The translations under genes and the position numbers were made by a program. From a virus (Duplodnaviria; Caudoviricetes), in IMG/VR virus record IMGVR_UViG_3300033076_000560, positions 1 through 30,975 of that record: a stretch of DNA of 30,975 bases. One strand, given 5' to 3'. Below, piece after piece: positions 24,822 to 30,975 of the stretch. Under the pieces are notes generated by a model. It was not told where the DNA came from. It saw only the letters and a list, made by a program, of their open reading frames with translations, and did not search any database. Position 1 is the stretch's first letter, and each line of letters opens with the position of its first letter.

Positions 24822-26551
24822 TGAGCTTTAATTTTCAAATAGATTCCCAAGTAAAAGTGTACGCAACTAGCGGCGCTTTTCCTGCTACCGGTGTTATTCG
24901 CACTATTTACATTGATAAATCAAGCGACACGGCTTATTATTGGGACGACGCTACAAGCACTTACAAAAGTTTAGGTGGCGGCGGCTCTGGTTCTGTTGTA
25001 TGGGGTGCAATTACAGGCACACTTGCAGACCAAACCGATTTGCAAAATGCACTAAATGCAAAAGTGCCATATAGCGGCGCTACAGGCAATGTCGATTTAG
25101 GCGAATACCAAATAAAAGCAGGCCAATTAGAACTTGACCAAACACCAACTGGCACAACTGGAATAGCAAAAATACGTTGGAATGATACCGACGGAACTAT
25201 TGACGTGGGGTTAAAAGGCGGCAATGTTACATTGCAAGTAGGCCTTGAAGAGTTGGTGCGCGTTGTAAACAAATCAGGTGCTTCACTTGCTGAAAGCGCA
25301 TATCAAGCTGTTAGGGTTCGTTTGGTTTCAGAGGGTGGTGCATCAGGCCAGCGCTTAGCAGTTGTATTGGCTCAAGCTAACAACGATCTAAATAGCGCCA
25401 CAACAATAGGTATAGTTACCGAAACAATTGCCAACAATCAAGAGGGTTTTATCAATCGAGGCGGTGAGGTTCGCGGCATAAACACAACGGGTTCATTGCA
25501 GGGCGAAACGTGGGTTGACGGCGATATTTTATACCTATCCCCAACAACGCCTGGAGCACTTACCAATATTAAACCAACAGCACCCAACCATAGCATTACA
25601 ATTGGCTACGTTGTTTACTCACACGCGGTAAATGGAAAGATTTTCGTAAAGGTTGACAACGGCTATGAATTGGAAGAGCTCCACAATGTAACGTCTACCG
25701 ATTACACAGCGCCAGTAGACGCTGATTCGCTTTTGATTTATCAAAGCTCTGAAAGCCTTTGGAAGCGCTTAACGTGGGCAAATGTCAAAGCCAAACTAAA
25801 AACGTATTTTGATACGGTTTATCAAGACGCAATAACGCCGGGTACAACATCTCAATATTACCGAGGCGACAAAACGTTTCAAACACTTGACAAAACAACT
25901 GTTGGTCTTGGCAACGTTGACAACACAAGCGACTTGAATAAGCCTATCAGTACAGCTACGCAAACAGCGCTTAACGCTAAGCAAAACACGCTAACACTAA
26001 CCACAACGGGAACAAGTGGAGCGGCTACTTTGGTGGGTGCTACTTTGAACATTCCGCAGTATAGTGGTGGTGGCGGTGCAACATATCCTAAAAAATTAGC
26101 TAACTCTTTTTCCGGGGTGCAGGTTGTTGGCCAAGTAGTATTGATTTCAGATAGTTTATTAATACCGGCCAATACGATTACTGACACCAATTTTGTTTTG
26201 CAAATCAACGCGTCGCTGTACAGGACATATTCAGGTGCAGGAGGAGGCGTGTTGGGATGGCTTTATTTAAATACTACAAATACTTTAGTTGGCGCGACAT
26301 TAATAGGCCGTAGCGGGCAAATTGGAAGCGGTCAGCAATGGAGTGGTTTTATTAGAAATTTTCCGATAAAAGGAACGGTTGGATATGGTTTGGGCACAGG
26401 CAATCAATTCGGGCAAGATTTTACTTCAAATACTGGATTTACTTTCACTTTCGATAAAACGCAAAATATTTATTTAATTTTTGCTATTAGTTCGGTCAAT
26501 GTAAATGATGGCGGCACTTGGATAAACTCTAAAGTAGATTTATATGTATAA
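24821..26551 (+). CDS. Tail fibre / receptor-binding protein
   Basis: ATG 24821 (TAATG); WGAITGTLADQTDL, GTTSQYYRGD and GLGNVDNTSDLNKPISTATQTAL fibre motifs; Gly linkers. Confidence 0.8.
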   Translation: MSFNFQIDSQVKVYATSGAFPATGVIRTIYIDKSSDTAYYWDDATSTYKSLGGGGSGSVVWGAITGTLADQTDLQNALNAKVPYSGATGNVDLGEYQIKAGQLELDQTPTGTTGIAKIRWNDTDGTIDVGLKGGNVTLQVGLEELVRVVNKSGASLAESAYQAVRVRLVSEGGASGQRLAVVLAQANNDLNSATTIGIVTETIANNQEGFINRGGEVRGINTTGSLQGETWVDGDILYLSPTTPGALTNIKPTAPNHSITIGYVVYSHAVNGKIFVKVDNGYELEELHNVTSTDYTAPVDADSLLIYQSSESLWKRLTWANVKAKLKTYFDTVYQDAITPGTTSQYYRGDKTFQTLDKTTVGLGNVDNTSDLNKPISTATQTALNAKQNTLTLTTTGTSGAATLVGATLNIPQYSGGGGATYPKKLANSFSGVQVVGQVVLISDSLLIPANTITDTNFVLQINASLYRTYSGAGGGVLGWLYLNTTNTLVGATLIGRSGQIGSGQQWSGFIRNFPIKGTVGYGLGTGNQFGQDFTSNTGFTFTFDKTQNIYLIFAISSVNVNDGGTWINSKVDLYV

Positions 26552-26750
26552 CATAACAACAACACAAAACGGATTTATTTTCAATTCAATTGAATTTATT
26601 TTTGAAGGACAAAACGAAATTTTAAGTGAAACTCAATGTCATATCGGTACTGATAGAGGAATTATTTTACTCGACCTTTCGTGTACTATTAACGAGGTTG
26701 AATTTACGGATATTAATTTATTTGTTTCAGCACTTAAAGGTGAGCAATGA
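26544..26750 (+). CDS. Small acidic protein, possible fibre chaperone
   Basis: 68 aa, directly after the fibre gene, AT-rich. Confidence 0.5.
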   Translation: MYNITTTQNGFIFNSIEFIFEGQNEILSETQCHIGTDRGIILLDLSCTINEVEFTDINLFVSALKGEQ

Positions 26751-26968
26751 ACGAACTTGTTACCATAGTGAAAAAATACGGCGTTACGGGTGTTCTTTGC
26801 GTATGGCTTTGGCATACTGAAAACCGATTGAACAAAGTTGAAACCGCGCTTTACGATTGCTACAAAGAAAGTACCATTAGACAAGGTGCGCAACAAACAA
26901 GCGCGTTGCCAGATCGCCTTATCGCTATACTACCAAATGATAAGAAAACTTATAAACGAAACGCTTAG
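26747..26968 (+). CDS. Single-TM membrane protein (holin/antiholin-like)
   Basis: KKYGVTGVLCVWLW followed by a short coiled coil; first gene of the lysis cluster. Confidence 0.5.
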   Translation: MNELVTIVKKYGVTGVLCVWLWHTENRLNKVETALYDCYKESTIRQGAQQTSALPDRLIAILPNDKKTYKRNA

Positions 26969-27161
26969 GCCAAACGGCAAATGGAGCATTAAACGCCTTG
27001 GCGCTTTTACTTCGTTTTGGGTTTCTATTGTGTACGCTTTTGCGCCACTTTTCAAAGACTTAAAAGTTCATGAGTTTGTATTTGTAGGCTTACTCACTTA
27101 TTCAGCAACCGCACTAGGCCTTACGGTCTGGAATAAAAAAATTAAAGAAGATGAACAATAA
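26937..27161 (+). CDS. Putative class II holin (2 TM)
   Basis: ATG 26937; GKWSIKRL, then two hydrophobic helices and a charged C-terminus. Confidence 0.55.
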   Translation: MIRKLINETLRPNGKWSIKRLGAFTSFWVSIVYAFAPLFKDLKVHEFVFVGLLTYSATALGLTVWNKKIKEDEQ

Positions 27162-27687
27162 ACGCGAACTATTCAGTTTTTTAGGCTTAGTTTTTACTTG
27201 CATTGCCGCTATTTTTTTTGTTGCTTTCTTAGCTTTTGGATGCTCGGCAACTCGCTTGCATGACAAGGCGGTAAAAAAAGGCTATATTCACACTGTCCAT
27301 GTGGATACTTTAAAGGTTGCTTATGTGGACACCTTCTTTAAAGACGGCAAACCATACCCTGTAATCAACTACCGCGATTCGCTTATAATCAAAACAAATA
27401 CTGAATATATCCCTAAATGGCGCTATCGGTTCGATTCTAGGCGATTTGCCGATAGTTTAGCAATAATTCGGGCAATGTATGCGGATTCTTTAAAATACGC
27501 GCTTAAAACGCAAAAAATAATTGTGAAGCATGAAGATAAAAAAGACAAACAACAAACCAAAAGAACACAAAGCGAAAACAAAAACGGGTTTGCGGATTCT
27601 ATGAAGTGGCTCGCTGTATTTGCAATCATTGCTTTTGTTTGGTGGATAGCTTATACAATCAATAAAAAAATCGCTATAAATGATTAG
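27151..27687 (+). CDS. Putative unimolecular spanin (lipoprotein with C-terminal TM)
   Basis: Signal peptide ending FLAFG-C; C-terminal TM WLAVFAIIAFVWWIAY; adjacent to the endolysin. Confidence 0.65.
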   Translation: MNNKRELFSFLGLVFTCIAAIFFVAFLAFGCSATRLHDKAVKKGYIHTVHVDTLKVAYVDTFFKDGKPYPVINYRDSLIIKTNTEYIPKWRYRFDSRRFADSLAIIRAMYADSLKYALKTQKIIVKHEDKKDKQQTKRTQSENKNGFADSMKWLAVFAIIAFVWWIAYTINKKIAIND

Positions 27688-28201
27688 TTACGAATGGCTC
27701 AAAAATGAGAAAGCCCCTAAAGTTTTGGTGCAAGCTGTTAAAATGCTTGGCACAAAAGAAATAGTTGGAGCAAAGCACAACCCTGTCATTTTGGATTGGG
27801 CAAAAGAACTGAATTTACAAAATATTTACAACGCCGATGAAATACCGTGGTGCGGCTTGGCTGTTGCTTATGCTTGTAAATCGGCAGGCTTAGAAGTAAT
27901 CAACAAGCCGCTATGGGCTTTGTCTTGGGCGAAATGGGGAACGGAAGTAAAAGAACCCATGCTTGGCGATATTCTCACCTTTAAGCGCAACGGCGGTGGC
28001 CATGTTGGTTTTTATGTTGGTGAGGATAATTTGTGCTACCATGTTTTAGGTGGTAATCAAGGTAATGAAATGAATGTTGCCAGAATTGCTAAAAATCGCC
28101 TGTATAAAGCAAGGCGCACTGCATGGAAAGTTGCGCAACCTTCGGCGGTTAGAAAAGTTTTCCTAGATGCTAAAGGCGAAATCAGTACAAACGAGGCTTA
28201 A
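27680..28201 (+). CDS. Endolysin, TIGR02594-family (NlpC/P60-CHAP-like) cysteine peptidase
   Basis: DEIPWCG, GGGHVGFYVG, LGGNQ. Confidence 0.85.
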   Translation: MISYEWLKNEKAPKVLVQAVKMLGTKEIVGAKHNPVILDWAKELNLQNIYNADEIPWCGLAVAYACKSAGLEVINKPLWALSWAKWGTEVKEPMLGDILTFKRNGGGHVGFYVGEDNLCYHVLGGNQGNEMNVARIAKNRLYKARRTAWKVAQPSAVRKVFLDAKGEISTNEA

Positions 28202-28212
28202 AAACTAAAAGT

Positions 28213-29079
28213 ATGCAGCTTAAAAGACACGCGAAAAACATTCATGAGTTAAAAATCAGCGGCACGCGTGTACGGCTTGCTATTTTTAGCGATGTGCATT
28301 GGGATAATCCAAAATGCGATTGGGATTTATTGCGGAGAGATTTAGACTATTGCCTGAAGGAAAGCATACCAATCATGTTTAACGGCGATACCTTTTGCCT
28401 CATGCAGGGGAAATGGGACCCGCGCGGCAATAAATCGGACGTGCGCCCAGAACACAACACAATTAAATATCTTGATGCGGTAATTGAAACGGCGGTAGAA
28501 TTTTTTGCGCCTTACGCGCATTTAATTACAGTTGTCGGCTATGGTAATCATGAGACAAGCATTTTAAAAAGACACGAAACAGACGTTTTGCAACGCTTTG
28601 TTGATTTGCTTAACTACAAATGCAGCTCAAATGTTCAAGCGGGCGGCTATGGCGGCTGGATAGTCATAAAGCAATTAGCAAAAAACAACAATCGTTTAAG
28701 CACAAAGATTCGCTACCACCATGGCTCTGGAGGTGGCGGCATTGTTACACGCGGCGAAATCAATTTAACGCGAGCTCTTGAAATGTACGAAGATTTTGAG
28801 GTGTTTACTATGGGTCATATTCACGAAAACAAGTGTACAAATGTTGTGCGCGATACAATAGGATTTGTAGCTCACAATGGGTTTAAGCAAGTTCAAAAAC
28901 AATTGCACTTAATGATCACAGGAACGTACAAAGAAGAATTTGGCGACGGCTCGAAAGGTTGGCACGTAGAGCGAGGTGCACCGATTAAACCGCTTGGCGG
29001 CCGCATCTTAGTAATTGATACCAGGCGCACGGGCAATTGTCATTTAAAAAGTATTGATAGTATGAAATTCCCAATTTAA
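28213..29079 (+). CDS. Calcineurin-like metallophosphoesterase
   Basis: SDVH, NGD, GNHE, HHG and GHIH motifs. Confidence 0.9.
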   Translation: MQLKRHAKNIHELKISGTRVRLAIFSDVHWDNPKCDWDLLRRDLDYCLKESIPIMFNGDTFCLMQGKWDPRGNKSDVRPEHNTIKYLDAVIETAVEFFAPYAHLITVVGYGNHETSILKRHETDVLQRFVDLLNYKCSSNVQAGGYGGWIVIKQLAKNNNRLSTKIRYHHGSGGGGIVTRGEINLTRALEMYEDFEVFTMGHIHENKCTNVVRDTIGFVAHNGFKQVQKQLHLMITGTYKEEFGDGSKGWHVERGAPIKPLGGRILVIDTRRTGNCHLKSIDSMKFPI

Positions 29080-29082
29080 TCA

Positions 29083-29156
29083 TATCTTTGAATTGTTAGC
29101 AGGGTGATAGCTGTTTTCATGTGTGGGGGGCCCTTATAGAGTGAGCCCCCTTTTTT
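29083..29156 (+). ncRNA. Candidate ~60-nt small RNA (promoter box to terminator)
   Basis: TATCTTTG at 29083-29090; body 29099-29124 antisense to early start codons; GGGGGC/GCCCCC-T6 terminator. Confidence 0.45.
29125..29156 (+). terminator. Intrinsic terminator ending the late region
   Basis: GGGGGC (29126-29131) / GCCCCC (29145-29150) plus TTTTTT. Confidence 0.75.
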
Positions 29157-29195
29157 ATGTCCGTAAAAAAAAATTCACTTTTTTATTAAAATTAT

Positions 29196-29224
29196 TTTGA
29201 CATTAAAAATTTATCGTATATTTG
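29196..29224 (+). promoter_or_regulatory. Major early promoter with shared 15-bp operator-like spacer motif
   Basis: TTTG 29196-29199, 17 bp, TATATTTG 29217-29224; A/T tracts upstream. Confidence 0.7.
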
Positions 29225-29251
29225 TCAAACAAAACGCTAATAATTAAACAC

Positions 29252-29467
29252 ATGACTATCACAGAACACACCAAAAAACTAAAGCCGCTGATTGATTCAG
29301 CGAGCTATCTAATCAAGCAAATAGAAATTTGCGAAAACGAGCTAGATAAGCTCATGTCATTGCCGCCATTATACCGCGAGAGACTACAAGATGAAGTCGA
29401 AATGTGGCTAAGAAATGGCGAGCAGTATTACAAATCACTTTTAGAAATCACTAACAAATTGAAATAA
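29252..29467 (+). CDS. Hypothetical early protein
   Basis: ATG 29252 preferred, since TTG 29222 is inside the promoter; 71 aa, helical. Confidence 0.65.
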   Translation: MTITEHTKKLKPLIDSASYLIKQIEICENELDKLMSLPPLYRERLQDEVEMWLRNGEQYYKSLLEITNKLK

Positions 29468-29685
29468 TGAATCACAAACAAGAAATGCAACAAATCATTT
29501 TCGGCGCAGTAGTTATGTGCCTATTCTTTGCCGGGTTAATCTGGCTAATTAGAACCAACAAGCCACCGCAAGTTGACACGGCTACACCTGATGCACAAAT
29601 CGCCGTGCAAGAGAGCTACGAGCTTAAAGGTGTTTGGGAAAAATACGCGCAAGAATGTTACGATGGAACGCATGAGAAAAATTGA
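29467..29685 (+). CDS. Small single-TM protein
   Basis: IIFGAVVMCLFFAGLIWLI; TAATG coupling. Confidence 0.6.
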   Translation: MNHKQEMQQIIFGAVVMCLFFAGLIWLIRTNKPPQVDTATPDAQIAVQESYELKGVWEKYAQECYDGTHEKN

Positions 29686-29767
29686 GAGAGAGCGCCTGTT
29701 TATTTTTGGCGCAGTATTATTTTGGATCACATTACTAACACTTAAAATCCTATCACAATGCCACTAA
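29672..29767 (+). CDS. 31-aa single-TM peptide
   Basis: MRKIERERLFIFGAVLFWITLLTLKILSQCH*; bridges the gap between its neighbours. Confidence 0.5.
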   Translation: MRKIERERLFIFGAVLFWITLLTLKILSQCH

Positions 29768-30021
29768 CAGCAACTTATAAAATGATAGCTGATGCGCAAT
29801 TTGTTTACGGGCCTAAGTGGTTTAAAGTAGAAAACTTTGAACTTCATGGCTACTTAGCAGGCGAGCGCGTCGATATGATTGAAACGTTATCAATCGAGCA
29901 CTTTGACGAAATCCACTACGTTAGCCAATCGCAAAACGCTAAAAACTTAAAGACCTTTGTACACGCTATCGGCGTGCGTGAAGGCAACAGGAACACAGTA
30001 TTAATTTTAAAAGAGAAATAA
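29758..30021 (+). CDS. Hypothetical protein
   Basis: 87 aa in a tightly packed operon. Confidence 0.55.
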   Translation: MPLTATYKMIADAQFVYGPKWFKVENFELHGYLAGERVDMIETLSIEHFDEIHYVSQSQNAKNLKTFVHAIGVREGNRNTVLILKEK

Positions 30022-30377
30022 TGAAACACATACCAGGACCATGGGAATTGAGCCCAAGCGGACAATTTGTAAGAACAGACACAAAAGGAGACGGACATTT
30101 GACAATCTGTGAAGTCAATCGAAATTGGTACATACGTAAGGAAACGCAAATTGCCAACGCGCTGAGAATAGTCGAATGCGTAAATGCAATGGAGGGAATA
30201 ATAGATCCAAAAAAGTTTCGAGAAAATTGGGAAGCTGTAAAACATCTCGAGCTTGATAAATACCACAACCTCAAAGAAGTAATCCAAAACATGATTGACC
30301 GCTTAGATGAAGGCGGCAAAATAACGCTAACAAAAGATAGCATTATTGTTTTAGCATTAAAAGAAGCAATCAAATGA
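30021..30377 (+). CDS. Conserved phage hypothetical protein
   Basis: KHIPGPW...ANALRIVECVNAMEGI motif, common in phage early genes. Confidence 0.7.
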   Translation: MKHIPGPWELSPSGQFVRTDTKGDGHLTICEVNRNWYIRKETQIANALRIVECVNAMEGIIDPKKFRENWEAVKHLELDKYHNLKEVIQNMIDRLDEGGKITLTKDSIIVLALKEAIK

Positions 30378-30634
30378 GAAGCTCGCTAAAATACCCAACG
30401 CGCCGCGCTTATGTTACACTTGAATTTTACAATGAAGCAAGCTTAGACAAGCAGCTAGCCGAGCTCAAAGCAAAGCTACTAGGCGGCACAGAGAAAAAAG
30501 AACAAACAACCATGTACGGCGGCAACTCTTTAATGCTTTTAGTTGAGCAAATGTACACGGATAATCACAAAAGAGAGAGAATTGTAAGCCTTGAAAATGG
30601 GCAAAAAGTTGAACTAGTAAAATCGAGAGTATGA
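30374..30634 (+). CDS. Hypothetical protein
   Basis: 86 aa; ATGA-coupled at both ends. Confidence 0.6.
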   Translation: MRSSLKYPTRRAYVTLEFYNEASLDKQLAELKAKLLGGTEKKEQTTMYGGNSLMLLVEQMYTDNHKRERIVSLENGQKVELVKSRV

Positions 30635-30975
30635 AAACAAGTGAATTGAGGCTTGGTAATTTAGTGCAATACGGAGGTACTACAGCAAAAGTATGTCAGA
30701 TAGAAAAATCATTTTTTTATTGTGAAACTGATGGGAATGAATTTTTTACAAGAGACGGAGAATCAGGATCCAAACACATTCCACTAACCGAAGAATGGTT
30801 GTTGAAGTTTGGGTTTGAAGAAAAAAACATTGGAAACAAGTTGCCTGAATCGTGGTATGAACTAAAATATTTATCCAATGAGCATGAGCCAATGATTACA
30901 TCTTGGGTTTCTATATTAATAAACATAGAAACATGTAGTTGTGTAATTTGTGATGAATATCCTGATGAAATAGGT
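30631..30975 (+). CDS. Conserved phage hypothetical protein, 5' part (continues in frame into 1..90)
   Basis: ATG at 30631 overlaps the previous stop (ATGA). 115 open codons to the window end: MKTSELRLGN...IPLTEEWLLKFGF...DEYPDEIG. Not in the supplied ORF track. Confidence 0.8.
   Translation, partial: MKTSELRLGNLVQYGGTTAKVCQIEKSFFYCETDGNEFFTRDGESGSKHIPLTEEWLLKFGFEEKNIGNKLPESWYELKYLSNEHEPMITSWVSILINIETCSCVICDEYPDEIG

Noticed and set aside
24821-26551. Diversity-generating retroelement targeting the fibre
   Set aside because: No reverse transcriptase gene and no template/variable repeat pair seen.
28213-29079. Calling the phosphoesterase SbcD/Mre11
   Set aside because: It has only generic calcineurin-like motifs, sits in the lysis transcript and is not adjacent to the ATPase.
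29079-29120. Minus-strand micro-ORF MKTAITLLTIQRYD
   Set aside because: Only 14 codons with no promoter evident on that strand; better explained as the antisense face of the candidate sRNA, although a decayed inverted gene start cannot be excluded.
200-30926. All minus-strand ORFs in the track (e.g. 22634-23233, 18665-19072, 29966-30373)
   Set aside because: Each is an antisense shadow of a well-supported + strand gene, has no recognisable motif, and shows the S/L/F/C-rich composition typical of such shadows.
1-30975. Alternative genetic code, tRNA genes, integrase/att site
   Set aside because: The standard code gives dense, uninterrupted genes using all three stop codons; no tRNA cloverleaf or tyrosine/serine recombinase motif was recognised.

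Overview
The window appears to be a complete, circularly permuted genome (30,975 bp) of a small tailed, siphovirus-like phage. A Bacteroidetes/Flavobacteriia host is inferred from TAnnTTTG -7 promoter boxes, A-rich non-Shine-Dalgarno start contexts and a DUF4494 gene. All credible genes are on the + strand, and one gene runs in frame across the end/start junction. Order: small early genes; replication initiator with an internal iteron-like origin; Rad50/SbcC-like ATPase, NUMOD4-HNH-AP2 endonuclease, RecT and MBL nuclease; sigma-like activator; TerS and TerL; tail chaperone G/GT with a hidden -1 frameshift; tail completion and tail-tip proteins; tape measure; XkdF protease, scaffold, capsid and tail tube; portal, adaptor, tail terminator and fibre; holins, u-spanin and TIGR02594 endolysin; metallophosphoesterase. 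I recognised no integrase, tRNA, CRISPR array or reverse transcriptase. The most unusual signals are non-coding: (i) a kissing-loop plus loop-E terminator RNA leader ahead of the initiator; (ii) a ~60-nt promoter-to-terminator sRNA antisense to the start codons of the first genes of three early operons; (iii) a shared operator in those same three promoters; (iv) a structured leader on the homing endonuclease. All protein calls come from motif recognition by eye, with no database search.
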